Source of the DNA: an uncultured Gemmatimonadales bacterium
GTDB taxonomy: Bacteria > Gemmatimonadota > Gemmatimonadetes > Gemmatimonadales > GWC2-71-9
Assembly: GCA_963798915.1 (NCBI GenBank)
Contig: CAWCVB010000002.1
Coordinates: 384,001-448,000 of the forward strand
Length of the DNA stretch: 64,000 nt
Direction: 5' to 3'
Positions within the stretch are counted from its first letter, which is position 1. Each line of letters starts with the position of its first letter. Positions 1 through 10,026 of this stretch are shown in pieces. The position numbers and the translations under genes were made by a program. The notes under the pieces are model-generated. The model was given only the letters and a program-made list of their open reading frames with translations. It was not told the origin of the DNA and searched no databases.

Positions 1-79
1 CGGTGGATGCGTCGCCTTCGCGCAGCTCGCCATTCAGCAGGAAGGGCCAGGTGCGGGTGGAAGGCGCGGTGGCGGTCAT
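1..79 (-). CDS. 5' end of a gene running off the window, possibly aldehyde dehydrogenase-like
   Basis: ATG at 79 gives MTATAPSTRTWPFLLNGELREGDAST; only 26 codons visible. Confidence 0.25.
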   Translation of the reverse strand, partial: MTATAPSTRTWPFLLNGELREGDAST

Positions 80-192
80 GAGCTCGGGTCCGGAAAATTG
101 GAATTGTCGGGTCGAGGGGGCGGCCCACAGGGAATGTTCAGCCAAGTGGGCCGAAGCGCCAGAGGTGGGTTGGATTAGGTCAGGATGCTCCT

Positions 193-303
193 ACGGCTGA
201 CAGCCGTGGCTCGCGCATCAGAGGTGCTCCCACGGCTGAAAGCCGCGGCTCGGCTATTCGAGTCGCCCTGCGGGCGACTCTGCGGGGGGAGGCTCCGTAC
301 CGC
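193..303. repeat. Left REP-like arm of the transposase
   Basis: ACGGCTGACAGCCGT, CACGGCTGAAAGCCGCGGCTCGGC and hairpin GAGTCGCCC-TGC-GGGCGACTC; reverse complement matches 827-896. Confidence 0.75.
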
Positions 304-348
304 ATTGAACAGGTAAGGGCACCGGGACGGAATCTCCCATATTGATGC

Positions 349-810
349 ATGCATCGACTCCATGTCCATCTAGTGTGGACGACCCGCAATCGGATGCCGC
401 TGATCACCGGCGAGCGCGCCCGGTTTCTGGAGCGGTATCTCCAGGCCACGGCGCGGCATTACCGGGCGCGCGTGCTCGCCATCGGCATGGTCTCGACGCA
501 TGTGCACGTGCTCATGCGCTTCGAGCCGGTGACCGTTCTCTGCGAAGTGGTGCAGGCGCTCAAGGGCGGCAGTGCCACGGTCGCCAACCGCGAGATTCGT
601 GAGGGCCCGCCACTGCGCTGGGCGCGCGGCTACTCGATGCACACGCTCAGCGAGCGGAGCCTCGAGGCGGTACGGGCCTATCTGGGTCGGCAGGTGGAGC
701 ATCACCCTCTGGAACGAATCGCGGGCTGGCAGAGCGGCGTGTTGGCCGGAGAGGAAGCAGAGTTGTCGATACAGAGTCGCCGCAGGCCACTGCAAATCGG
801 AAGTGGCTGA
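349..810 (+). mobile_element. tnpA: IS200/IS605 TnpA or REP-associated tyrosine transposase (Y1 HUH)
   Basis: HLVWTT, HUH motif THVHVL, LKGGS, WARGY, catalytic Tyr region VRAYLGRQVEHH. Confidence 0.9.
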
Positions 811-826
811 CCTCATTGCTCCGGAC

Positions 827-986
827 GGTGCGGGGCACTCCCTTGCATAGTCGCCGCAGGCGACTCGAACACGCCGAGGCGCGGCTTTCAGCCGCGCGAA
901 AGGCCAAACTCACACCGAGGCGCTGCTTTCAGCCGCGCGAAAAGCCAAACCCACGCCGAGCCGCGTGGCTTGCAGTCGCGCAAAAC
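827..986. repeat. Right REP-like arm plus three tandem ~41-bp palindromic units
   Basis: AGTCGCCGCAGGCGACT hairpin; CACGCCGAGGCGCGGCTTTCAGCCGCGCGAAA-type units at 870, 911, 952. Confidence 0.75.
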
Positions 987-992
987 ATCATC

Positions 993-1274
993 TCACCCCG
1001 ACGACCCCGCGCGCCGGGGCGCCCGGGTCGGATCCACCCGCCGCCGCATCGCCGCACCGGCCCACGCCGGCAAGAGGCAGAAGGCGCCGTAGATGCCAAA
1101 AATGATCAGCCCCAGCGGCATGAGACTGCCGCTGGGGTTCAGGGCGAACGCCACCACCGCCTGCGCCGCGAACGGCGCGAAGGCCCAGCGCCAGTTCCGG
1201 TCAGGACTGAAGAACGCCAGCGCCGCCACAATGAGTGCGAGCGAGGGCAGGCACCAGCGATGGGGTAGGCCCAC
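993..1274 (-). CDS. Small membrane protein, N-terminus possibly disrupted
   Basis: Three hydrophobic segments (WRWAFAPFAAQ, GSLMPLGLIIFG). Confidence 0.5.
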   Translation of the reverse strand: MGLPHRWCLPSLALIVAALAFFSPDRNWRWAFAPFAAQAVVAFALNPSGSLMPLGLIIFGIYGAFCLLPAWAGAAMRRRVDPTRAPRRAGSSG

Positions 1275-1538
1275 TTTTCTGACAGAGTGGTCATCACCAC
1301 GCTCCGGAAGCTGCCGCTCGCCTGATGAACAGGGACAGCAGCCGGCTGGCTGCCACGTGTGAATGTTTCATGTCGGGTGGTGGGGCGCAAGGAGTGGCCG
1401 CGGAATGCTCGGAATCAGGCGTCGCGGGTCGAGAGTCGTGTAGAGGGCGGCCCGCGGGCCGCCTGGGCCGAGTCACCATCTCCGAGTTCCTCATGGACCC
1501 CGGTTTGCACCGGGGTGACACCGCGGGCGAGCTTCGGC

Positions 1539-1584
1539 CTCGCCAACTCGCCAACTCGCCAACTCGCCAACTCGCCAACTCGCC
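1539..1584. repeat. Octamer tandem repeat (CTCGCCAA)x5.75
   Basis: Read directly; abuts the SGNH gene stop codon. Confidence 0.95.
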
Positions 1585-1585
1585 C

Positions 1586-2326
1586 CTACCTCATCGCCGT
1601 CGCAATCGCCCGCTCCGCCAGTGGCGCCATGATGCGGTATCCCGCCTCGTTCGGGTGCACACCGTCCGAAGAGAGTTCCTGCCGCATGCCCTGCTTCTCG
1701 TTTGCCATCGCCGAGTGGTAGTCGAGATACACTGCATCATGCTTGGCGGCGTACTGCCTTATCCAGGCGTTGAGCGCCACGATCTTCCCGGCCGGTTCCA
1801 GTCCCCGTTTCCAGGGATAATCGAACACCGGCAGCACCGAGGCGAGGATGACCTTGATGCCATTGGCCTGGGCCAGCTCGGTCATCGAGGCCAGGTTGTC
1901 CTCGATCATGCCCAGGGTGGAAGGTCCCGTGTTGCCCGCGATGTCGTTGGTGCCGGCCAGGATCACCACCGCGGCTGGATGGAGATCGATCACATCCTGC
2001 CGAAACCGCACCAGCATCTGCGGGGTGGTCTGCCCGCTGATCCCTCGGCCCACATACGGCTTCCCGGGGAACTCGGCGTCGAAGTACCTGGCCCACGCGT
2101 CGGTGATCGAGTTCCCCATGAACACCACCCGCTGCTCACCCGGCTTCGGCGCACCGAGTGCAGCGTTGGCCTCGCGATAGCGCTTGAGATTGGCCCAGTC
2201 GGTGCGGAGCTGGTCGGTGTCCTGGGCCGCGAGTGGCGCGCCACTGATGAGCACCGCCAGAATGATGAGGCCATACCGGCTCAGCGCGAGCCCTGGCAGC
2301 CGGGAGCCCTGTGGATATCGTGACAC
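1586..2326 (-). CDS. SGNH/GDSL hydrolase with signal peptide
   Basis: FMGNSIT, GISGQTT, AGTND, DGVHP; GTG start after GGGAGG. Confidence 0.9.
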   Translation of the reverse strand: MSRYPQGSRLPGLALSRYGLIILAVLISGAPLAAQDTDQLRTDWANLKRYREANAALGAPKPGEQRVVFMGNSITDAWARYFDAEFPGKPYVGRGISGQTTPQMLVRFRQDVIDLHPAAVVILAGTNDIAGNTGPSTLGMIEDNLASMTELAQANGIKVILASVLPVFDYPWKRGLEPAGKIVALNAWIRQYAAKHDAVYLDYHSAMANEKQGMRQELSSDGVHPNEAGYRIMAPLAERAIATAMR

Positions 2327-2402
2327 ATGCCCTCCCATTTTCATGCAGCTGAAAACCGCTATGCGACCGGTGGTCGCTCGCGGGCGGCCCGCGGGCCGCG
2401 CT

Positions 2403-2615
2403 CTACACATGCCTCGCCGCCGCCGGCCTGGAGGGAAAGATCACGATCATCGCCACCATGAATCCCAGCAGGACCAGGGAGGCCGAGTAGCGGCTCAGTG
2501 CCAGGCCACCCTCGCTGAGTGGCTTGTCGAGGAAATCGCCCACCACCGCGCCCAGGGGCCGGGTGATGACGAAGGCTGCCCAGAAGAGCAGGGTGACTTC
2601 CGGAACTTTGCTCAC
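2403..2615 (-). pseudogene. Internally deleted COG4705/DUF347 membrane protein
   Basis: Family N-terminus SKVPEVTLLFW joined directly to C-terminal AAFVITRPLGAVVGDFLDKP; only 70 aa. Confidence 0.7.
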
Positions 2616-2672
2616 GATCTCGTCAGCGCTGGTATTCCCGCGATGCCCGTCACAAAGCGGGCAAGCTGCGTC

Positions 2673-3212
2673 TTACCAGCCTTCACGCTCCCGCAGGCCC
2701 CTGATCTGCGCCGCATGATGCCGACCGTGCCAGGCATACAGCTGCAGGGCATGGTCAATCGAGACGCTGCCCCGGCTCGGATGAATGTAGCAGCGCAGGA
2801 AGGCCGCGGGCTCCAGCGATCGGAGCAGCCAGGTCCACCGGGCATGCAGCCCGGCCAGCAGCAGGAGCGAAAGCGCGGGCGGGGCCTTGCGTGCGTCACC
2901 CGTCTCGGCCCAACGGGGCTCGATGTACTTCCGGATGGCCGGATCGTCCTCGGTGAGCGCCATTTTGACGTAGGAAAAGGCGTTGAGGTGCTCGTCCGCC
3001 ACATGATGCGTGATCTGCCTCGGCGACCAGCCGCCCTCCCGGTACGGATGGTCGAGGTGCCGATCGTCGAGGCCGGCCACGGCAGATCCCAGCTCTTCGG
3101 GCAGCCCGGCGAGCTGCACGATCCACCGCTCCCGCATCGGGGGCGACACCTCGGCCTCGACGTGCAGCGCTCCGATCGGGTAGCGAATGGCGTCGAGATC
3201 GGCGGCGGTCAT
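2673..3212 (-). CDS. YfiT/DinB-family metal-dependent thiol transferase
   Basis: IRYPIG, YREGGWS..Q.THHVADEH, YAWHGRHHAAQI; ATGA overlap with upstream gene. Confidence 0.88.
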   Translation of the reverse strand: MTAADLDAIRYPIGALHVEAEVSPPMRERWIVQLAGLPEELGSAVAGLDDRHLDHPYREGGWSPRQITHHVADEHLNAFSYVKMALTEDDPAIRKYIEPRWAETGDARKAPPALSLLLLAGLHARWTWLLRSLEPAAFLRCYIHPSRGSVSIDHALQLYAWHGRHHAAQIRGLREREGW

Positions 3213-3784
3213 CGCTGGGCCTCGCGCGCGTGGTGCAGGCAGACCACACCGGACGGCAGGGTCGTTCCTTCGACGGTGGTGAGTCCGATCCGATCGCGGA
3301 TGCCGTGGTACAGCGGGAGGCCGGCTCCGAGCAGCACCGGATTGACAAGACTCCAGTAATGATCGATCAGGTTCTCCGCCATGAGCGCATGCGCCACCGA
3401 GACGCTGCCGAACATCAGGATGTCGCCGCCAGTGCCGCGCTTGAGTTCGCGGACCTGCTCGGGCAGGTTGGTGCCGATGACCGTCGTGCCGGGCGCCGGG
3501 TGCTCGGGCAGCGTGCGCGAGACCACCACCTTGGTCACGCTGTTGTACCACTGCGAATGCTGGATGTCGTGCGCCGTGGCGTTGGGCTGCTCCGCTGCCG
3601 TCGGCCAGTAAGACTGCATCATCTCCCAGGTCACCCTGCCGTACAGCGCGGTATCGGCCGAGTCGGTGCGCGCTCCGGCATAGGCAAAAACATCGTCCGT
3701 GACGGTGATCCAGTCCATCTCGCCCTTGGGGCCGGCCACGAAACCATCGAGGGACACGTGCATGAAGAGCACCAGACTGCGCAT
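3209..3784 (-). CDS. Dihydrofolate reductase (RibD_C) family protein
   Basis: HVSLDGFVAGP, YGRVTW, PVLLGAG. Confidence 0.88.
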   Translation of the reverse strand: MRSLVLFMHVSLDGFVAGPKGEMDWITVTDDVFAYAGARTDSADTALYGRVTWEMMQSYWPTAAEQPNATAHDIQHSQWYNSVTKVVVSRTLPEHPAPGTTVIGTNLPEQVRELKRGTGGDILMFGSVSVAHALMAENLIDHYWSLVNPVLLGAGLPLYHGIRDRIGLTTVEGTTLPSGVVCLHHAREAQR

Positions 3785-3848
3785 GGAATGTTCGCTCCAC
3801 CAGTGAGATAGTCGGACTGCGTATCGGAAGATTACAGGACAGTGCAGC

Positions 3849-4229
3849 TCAGGATGTCGCCTCGCTCAGCACCTGATTGCGCACCTCGTCCCGCAACCGC
3901 TCCAGCACCACCGCCGGCGCGACTGCCAGTCGTTCGCTCGCTTCTTTCACGAAGTTGAGCAGCGCCAGCCGGTGTTCGAGTGCCATCCCGTCCGTGCCGA
4001 GGGAGATGGTATTGCCGCAGGGGCAGTTGGCCAACGCCATCGAACCGAGCGGCTCGTCGGGCGCCCAGTCGCCCAGCTCGGCGTCGTAGGACCTAACGCC
4101 TCCGACGGTCTCCGTCGTGAGGATGTAATCGCGGAGCGTGGCGAATGTCCTGCCGCAGCCGGAGCAGCTCCTGGGAAAGAGCCCCTCGAAATGTCGCCGG
4201 ATCAGCAGCAACGCCTCCGCCTCGGTCAC
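3849..4229 (-). CDS. Hypothetical protein with CxxC and CxC motifs
   Basis: FPRSCSGCGR ... NCPCGNT. Confidence 0.6.
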   Translation of the reverse strand: MTEAEALLLIRRHFEGLFPRSCSGCGRTFATLRDYILTTETVGGVRSYDAELGDWAPDEPLGSMALANCPCGNTISLGTDGMALEHRLALLNFVKEASERLAVAPAVVLERLRDEVRNQVLSEATS

Positions 4230-4478
4230 CGGAACTGCTGTTGCACAAACATGTAGGCCTCGTCGGGCGACCGGCCCGCGTCGATCAGGAGCGAGGTGGG
4301 GACGCCGTCCGCCGCGCCGCTGGTGTCGCTGATGGGTTGCAGCGGCGGCAATCACGCTCGGCCATGAGCTGGCGCCGAGCCCCCGGCGCTTCTTTGGCAC
4401 CACACAGAGCGGCGGTTTAATGTTTCGCCTCGGCGAGCGAGAGGCAAGTTCACGGCGACGCCGGGAAAAGCGCCCGTC

Positions 4479-5177
4479 TCAGGCCCCTGCCGCATCGGTT
4501 CCGGCTGCCTGCAGCAGCACGTCACAATACTGGAACCGGCCATCCCGCAGCAGCCGTTCGCCGGTCGTCAGCGGGATAGGCGTCCCGAACACCGGGCCGC
4601 GATAGACGCAGGTGTGGAACTCGCCCCGTTCGCCACAGGGATCGACGGTCGCCGGTAACTGATCCAGGAGCGTGGCGTCGAACTCCCGCCCGGCAAACCC
4701 AGCGTCCAGCTGGGTGGTGTCCACACACGTGAGCACAGCGCCGTACCCGCCGCGCACAAAGTGCCGAGCCAGCGCCGTGGTATCGCGACCCCAGAGTGGA
4801 AACACACCGCGCCAGCCGAGGCGGGAAAGCAGCGCCTCCCGGTAGGTTCGCACGTCGTCAAGAAAGAGGTCGCCAAAGGCGATCTCCCTCACGTCCGGCC
4901 ACTGTTCTCCTGCTGCCTCGAGCGCAGCGGCAAACGCCGCCTCGTACTCGTCGTTGGTACAGCCCGGCGCAATCGCCGCCTCGATGAGTGGGAGTCCCAG
5001 CGATGCCACCTGCGCCTCCAGCACGGAATGCCGCACGCCGTGGATGCTGATCCGGTCGTAGCCGGTAGTCATGGTGGTGAGCAGCCCGCACACCCGGTCG
5101 CGTCCCTCCGCGCGAAGCGCCTCGAGCGCCAGGGTGCTGTCCTTCCCACCGCTCCATGCCAGCAGCAGGTCGCTCAT
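4479..5177 (-). CDS. PP-loop ATPase, diphthamide synthase/MJ0570 family
   Basis: WSGGKDS, FGDLFL, DPCGERGEFHT. Confidence 0.9.
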   Translation of the reverse strand: MSDLLLAWSGGKDSTLALEALRAEGRDRVCGLLTTMTTGYDRISIHGVRHSVLEAQVASLGLPLIEAAIAPGCTNDEYEAAFAAALEAAGEQWPDVREIAFGDLFLDDVRTYREALLSRLGWRGVFPLWGRDTTALARHFVRGGYGAVLTCVDTTQLDAGFAGREFDATLLDQLPATVDPCGERGEFHTCVYRGPVFGTPIPLTTGERLLRDGRFQYCDVLLQAAGTDAAGA

Positions 5178-5181
5178 GCAG

Positions 5182-5520
5182 TCATCCCCGGCTCTCCAGG
5201 AATTCTCGCAGCACCCGGGCAAGCGCATCCGGCTGCTCATCCGGCGTGAAGTGGCCCGACGAAGCAATGACGTGACCCTGCACGTTGCTGAGTCCCGCTG
5301 CCCTGAGTCCGCCGAGATAGTCCTCGATCGGAAGGCCGTGCTCCGCCCCTCCTCGGATGTACAACACCGGCGCCACGACGGTGTCACCGTGTCCGGCATT
5401 GTCCTGCGCATCCTCGGGAAAGGCGCGGTACCAGTCAAAGGACGCCCTGAGTGCCTCGGGCCGCGCCGGCACGGCGTGAAAGCCGCCGCCGACATCACGT
5501 CCCACCAGGACAAGCCGGCG
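5182..5520 (-). pseudogene. C-terminal fragment of an alpha/beta hydrolase
   Basis: ASFDWYRAF, PVLYIRG, SGHFTPDEQPD; no nucleophile elbow. Confidence 0.65.
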
Positions 5521-5637
5521 GAGTCCGAGTTGCTTCCGTGACATGCAACTGCAGAGTGTCGACGATGAAGTCGCGGTCACGCAGCGCTGTGGATGGAGTC
5601 ATGCTGAATATCCTTCATGTCCCAGACTGCACGATCT

Positions 5638-6150
5638 TCAGGTATCGATCGGAACCGAGGCCACCTTGGTGATGCTGAGCAGCCGACGGAAGAGCAGCAC
5701 ACCGAGCAGGCCCACCAGCGGCGACGTGACGAGACCGGGAAAGTAACCGCCGACAGTCAACGACAGCAGCGGGTGGGCAAGGCCGTTGGCCATGCTGCCG
5801 ATGGCCAGGAACCAGAGCGCGAAAAGGGCAAGGTGGTGCCGCCTGATCAGCCCGCGAATGCTGATTCCCCAGATGGCAATCCAGAGGAGATTGAACGCGA
5901 CAAAGAAGCCGAGTGACCAGGGCGCCAGGCCCAGCAGCTGGGGGAAGCGCTGGTAGAAGCCGGTAGCGGCCTCCTCCGCGAAGTGCGCCAGCTGAGCCGT
6001 GAGTGCGAGCGTGGCGAGCCGAGCCGTGGCTGAGAGCTCAACGCTGCCTGCGACGGCCGCTCCGCGGGCCACGGTGAGCGACACCGCAACCACGGCGGCG
6101 ATGTCGAGGCCGATCGTGCCGGCGACGATGCTGGTGAACTCTCCTGGCAT
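5638..6150 (-). CDS. HXXEE-domain membrane protein
   Basis: HFAEE motif, YFPGLVTS, several TM helices. Confidence 0.75.
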   Translation of the reverse strand: MPGEFTSIVAGTIGLDIAAVVAVSLTVARGAAVAGSVELSATARLATLALTAQLAHFAEEAATGFYQRFPQLLGLAPWSLGFFVAFNLLWIAIWGISIRGLIRRHHLALFALWFLAIGSMANGLAHPLLSLTVGGYFPGLVTSPLVGLLGVLLFRRLLSITKVASVPIDT

Positions 6151-6294
6151 GACTCGGCTCCGATGCGTGTGCGCCCGTCATGTCAGGTAAGGTGCCCCGA
6201 TGTGGCCGATCAGGGGAGGGGAAGCAGAAGGCCAGCGGCTGGTAGCCGCCGGCCGGTGGATAAGTGCGCGGGGGATCGCTTCAGTGCCTGCCGC

Positions 6295-6564
6295 TCAGTC
6301 GAGTTCGCTCCAGGGCACCTTCTTGAGCGCGCCTTCCAGCGTGTGCGCCGGGGTGCCGGTGCAGTGGACTCCATCCTCCGCTTCCACCTCGGCGTGGAAC
6401 CGGGGATGCTCTTCCTCGACGCCCAGGTCATAGATGCGGATCGTAAATTCCTGGTGGGCTCCGTCCTTGCGGATGCGGTGACCGCGATATTCGGTTACCT
6501 GCTCCACGGCAAAGCAGCCTGAGACGGTCCGGATGTGGTCCAGCACTCCAGTGGTTGCCAGCAT
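6295..6564 (-). CDS. Hypothetical protein
   Basis: ATG after GGGAGG; 89 aa. Confidence 0.5.
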   Translation of the reverse strand: MLATTGVLDHIRTVSGCFAVEQVTEYRGHRIRKDGAHQEFTIRIYDLGVEEEHPRFHAEVEAEDGVHCTGTPAHTLEGALKKVPWSELD

Positions 6565-6656
6565 GCGGCCTCCCGCGGTTGAGATCACTGCCTTCTATGT
6601 ACCAGCCGCACCGTGACCCCGACCTGAATCGTGCATGAAGCCGTCTTCATGATGTC

Positions 6657-7292
6657 CTAAGGTTCTCGTCCGCTGGCCCACGCTCGCACCGGATCCAGCC
6701 ACGCCTTCCTTGGCTGAAAGAAGGTTCCGTGGCCGAGGCCAAGACTGAGCGGGATTTCCTGCACCTGCGTTCCCGGGCTGCGGTGCACGAACATCGGCGC
6801 GCAGGAGACGCCCAGGGTGTCGCTGGTTTCGTAGAGGGACAGCAGCCGGCCGGCCACATGCAGGTCGGGTTCGAACGCCCAGGGACCACACGCGGCCATG
6901 AAGACAAACGAAATAGCCGGTTTCTGGAGCTTGGCCGAGGTGAGGATCGCCATCCAGCCGCCCTTGGAAAATCCGGCGACGGTGATGTTGGCGGGCGGGA
7001 CGCCCAAGGCCAGAAGGCTGTCCACCTGCTGGGCAACATGAGAGGCAAACGAGTCAGAATTGGCGTTGGGACCCCGCTGGTCGCTCAGGACAACAAAGCC
7101 GGCGCTCCGGAGGCTGTCCAGGATCGCGTCGTACTCGTACACGTCGAACACGGGGTCAGTCGGGTGACGCCCCGCGTCTTCCACGATCCGGGCGTGCAGG
7201 TAGATCACGTAGCGCCGGGACGCCGACCGGCCGCACCCGGTATTGGCAACGAGGCTGAGCAGGAGGAACAACAGTGGCCGTGCTCGTGACAT
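6657..7292 (-). CDS. Exported alpha/beta hydrolase
   Basis: Signal/lipobox-like N-terminus, GFSKGG elbow, GHGTFF. Confidence 0.75.
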   Translation of the reverse strand: MSRARPLLFLLLSLVANTGCGRSASRRYVIYLHARIVEDAGRHPTDPVFDVYEYDAILDSLRSAGFVVLSDQRGPNANSDSFASHVAQQVDSLLALGVPPANITVAGFSKGGWMAILTSAKLQKPAISFVFMAACGPWAFEPDLHVAGRLLSLYETSDTLGVSCAPMFVHRSPGTQVQEIPLSLGLGHGTFFQPRKAWLDPVRAWASGREP

Positions 7293-7307
7293 GAAACGCC
7301 GCCTGGT

Positions 7308-7938
7308 TCAATGCGTGAACGACTGAGCAAGCCGGGGCGCAGCTGGTCCCGGCTTCTCGCTGAAGTAATAATGATTTTCTCCCTCGTCGTCCGTCTCATC
7401 AACCAGCAGGAGGCCACTTGTTTCGAGCATTCGCCGATATACGTCCGAGCCCAGCGAGCATGACGGCCGCCCGGTCAGGCTGTCCTGCCATTGGCAGACC
7501 TGTCGCGGGGCGGTGAACAGGAAGCGGCCGCCCGGCACCAGTGCCGCCGCCACCTTGCGAATCACAGTCTGCCTGTACGTCCGGTGGAAGCAGAAAGAGG
7601 AGGCCCCACGCCAGTATGCCATCGAATGTGCGATCGAAGAACTTCGAGGATTCCACCGCATGGCACTCCGTCGCCACATCGGGGAATCGGTCGTGGAATG
7701 CGGCCAGCAGGCGTGGCGAGGCGTCGATTCCGTAGAGGGTGACGCCCATCTCGATGAGCACCTCGGAGATCGGCACGCCGTGGCCACACCCCAGTTCCAG
7801 GACGGTGGCGCCCGTCGGCAGCGCCATGGCCCAGTCGCGCACCGTTGCTGCGCCTGTTGTTGCCGAGCGAATCGCCATGAACCCGTCAGCCGCGTGGTCG
7901 TATCCATGCGAGGGGTCATTCGAGGCAGACCGCTCCAC
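7308..7938 (-). pseudogene. Class I SAM methyltransferase, frameshift near 7570
   Basis: VLELGCGHG in one frame; ALVPGGRFLFTAP...GENHYY in another. Confidence 0.75.
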
Positions 7939-8218
7939 TGCTTCAGCCGCCTGGCGGCGTCGGATGTGGCTCGGTGCCTGTCCGGAGCAGCGCCGACCCG
8001 AACGCTGCGCGTCCCTCGGCTGTCTGACGACGGTCGGTCATTTGGAGACTTCCCCGGCGCGGTCCGACATGCTGAATGCTGAAGGCGTGGGATTTCTGCC
8101 TCATGGCTCCTCATCGTTGGCGTCGTGACGGATCTATTGAGTCTATTCCAACGCGGACAGGTAGATCCTTCTGCCGTCGCGCGGCCATAGGATGAGGAAG
8201 CTTCACGACGCTCGATCG

Positions 8219-9808
8219 TCACCCCGGCGCCACAAACCTCCTCGACTGCCGCTCGTAGGCGTGCGCCAGCGCCAACACCCGAGCATCCTCGCCCGGAAGA
8301 CCTACCACCGAAAGATTGAGCGCCGGCATTCCGTCCGCGCCGATCCCCGCCGGCACCGATACCTCGGGCAAGCCGAGCCAATTGCCGTACCCCAGAGCGG
8401 TCCGGACATCGGGCCACCCCTCGGCCAGGCTGAAGGCATTGAACGGCATGGTGGGATAGACCATGGCCGAGACACCAGCAGCGCGCATGGACTTCGCCAG
8501 CGCACCTACCATCTCGGCCCGCGACTTCGCGAACGACTGGCCCGCCGGATCCTTCTCCATGGGCTGTTCAAAGAGCGGTTCGCATTCCTCGAAGGTCTTG
8601 GGCAGGACATCGTAGAACTGCTGATAGGCAGGATAGCCGCGCCGCATCGCCTCGCGCGGGTCATCGGTGCGTCCGGCAAAGTAGAGATAGTACGCGTTGG
8701 CCGTCGCGGCAGGGGAGCGTGAGTCAGGTGGCACGTCGGCTCGCCGGCTCGACGCCTCGGCGAACGCCTGCCGGTAATTCTGCAGCGTCACCGGCGCATC
8801 GAACGGCTCGACCGTGGCGCCGGCGGCCCTGAGGTCGCGCACCGCGCGATCCCACGTCGCCACCGCTTCGGGCGTCATCTGGTCCCTCGGCACATGCGCC
8901 TCGACCAGGCCCAGTCGCACGCCATGCAGCGCGTCATCGCGAAGCCGGGCGAGTGGAGACCCATCCCAATTGCCGCTGAGCGCCAGAGGATCGGACGCAT
9001 CGGCTCCCGCGATGATTGAGAGCAGCAGGGCCGCATCGGCCACATGACGCGCAAGCGGGCCATGCGTATCGAGGTATGGCCATGTCGGGATGACGCCGTT
9101 CCTCGGCACCAGTCCGAAGGTCGGCTTCATGCCGACGACGCCGGTGCATACGGCCGGAATGCGATTCGACCCACCATCGTCGGTGCCCAGCGCAGCGAAC
9201 GCCATTCCGCACGCCACCGCCACCGCCGATCCCGCGCTCGAGCCGCCAGGCGTGCGCGTGCCGGTGGTGTCGTGGGGATTGAGCACCTGTCCGGTATGAC
9301 TGCTGGTCCCCTGGCCGCGATAGGCAAAGTCATCGGCTGCCGTCTTGCCCAGGACAATGGCGCCAGCCGCACGAAGCCGCGCGACCTCGATCGAATCTCG
9401 TCTGAGAGGATCCGGGAAGAGCCGAGCCCACTCGGCGCTGGAGCCGGTGGTCGGCAGCCCGTTCATGTCGTAGATCGCCTTGGCAAAGACCGGCACACCG
9501 TCGAGCGGGCCGCGCAGCCTGCCCAACTTGCGGCGCGCATCCGCCGCGTTCGCATCGTCGAGCGCTGTCGCCGAGAGGGCATCGATGGCGTGCAGCGCCA
9601 TGCCCCGGCTTTGGCAGCGTTCCTGCGCGTGAGCAGTGACCTCGGCGGCGCTCCACTTCCCGCGATGGAAGCCGGCGAGGTAGTCGGCGATGGTGCCATC
9701 CAGCGGATCGGAATCGCTGCCGGCAAGTGCCCAGGCAGGACGAGGGACTGCGCTCATGGCGGTGAGGACGGCGAGGCGGGCAATCGCGTCACGTCGGGAG
9801 AGGGTCAT
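8219..9808 (-). CDS. Amidase-signature enzyme with Tat signal
   Basis: SRRDAI twin-arginine; PGGSSAGS, GTDDGGSNRIPA. Confidence 0.9.
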   Translation of the reverse strand: MTLSRRDAIARLAVLTAMSAVPRPAWALAGSDSDPLDGTIADYLAGFHRGKWSAAEVTAHAQERCQSRGMALHAIDALSATALDDANAADARRKLGRLRGPLDGVPVFAKAIYDMNGLPTTGSSAEWARLFPDPLRRDSIEVARLRAAGAIVLGKTAADDFAYRGQGTSSHTGQVLNPHDTTGTRTPGGSSAGSAVAVACGMAFAALGTDDGGSNRIPAVCTGVVGMKPTFGLVPRNGVIPTWPYLDTHGPLARHVADAALLLSIIAGADASDPLALSGNWDGSPLARLRDDALHGVRLGLVEAHVPRDQMTPEAVATWDRAVRDLRAAGATVEPFDAPVTLQNYRQAFAEASSRRADVPPDSRSPAATANAYYLYFAGRTDDPREAMRRGYPAYQQFYDVLPKTFEECEPLFEQPMEKDPAGQSFAKSRAEMVGALAKSMRAAGVSAMVYPTMPFNAFSLAEGWPDVRTALGYGNWLGLPEVSVPAGIGADGMPALNLSVVGLPGEDARVLALAHAYERQSRRFVAPG

Positions 9809-9812
9809 GGGA

Positions 9813-9990
9813 GTCACGGGTCGCGGGTCGCGGGTCGACGGTCAACGGTCTGATGTGGTGTCATTCCGAGCGCCGCGAGGAATCTGCCCGGCCACGTTTC
9901 GGAACCGGGTGAGCTGATCCTTCGCTTCGCTCAGGATGACAACATGGGCTGGTCGTTTCCCTATGGACTGACGACCGTCGACCGTCGACC
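9813..9990. repeat. Inverted heptamer arrays enclosing a REP-like palindromic doublet (9859-9941)
   Basis: GTC-N4 units at 9813-9850; TGTCATTCCGAGCG..GGAATCT / GATCCTTCGCTTCGCTCAGGATGACA; GACCGTC units at 9966-9990. Confidence 0.8.
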
Positions 9991-10026
9991 AAATGTGCCC
10001 TCTCACGGGCCATCGTCAATAGCCAC

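Noticed and set aside
870..986. 41-bp periodic units as a CRISPR array
   Set aside because: No unique spacers and no cas genes; units match the transposase REP arms
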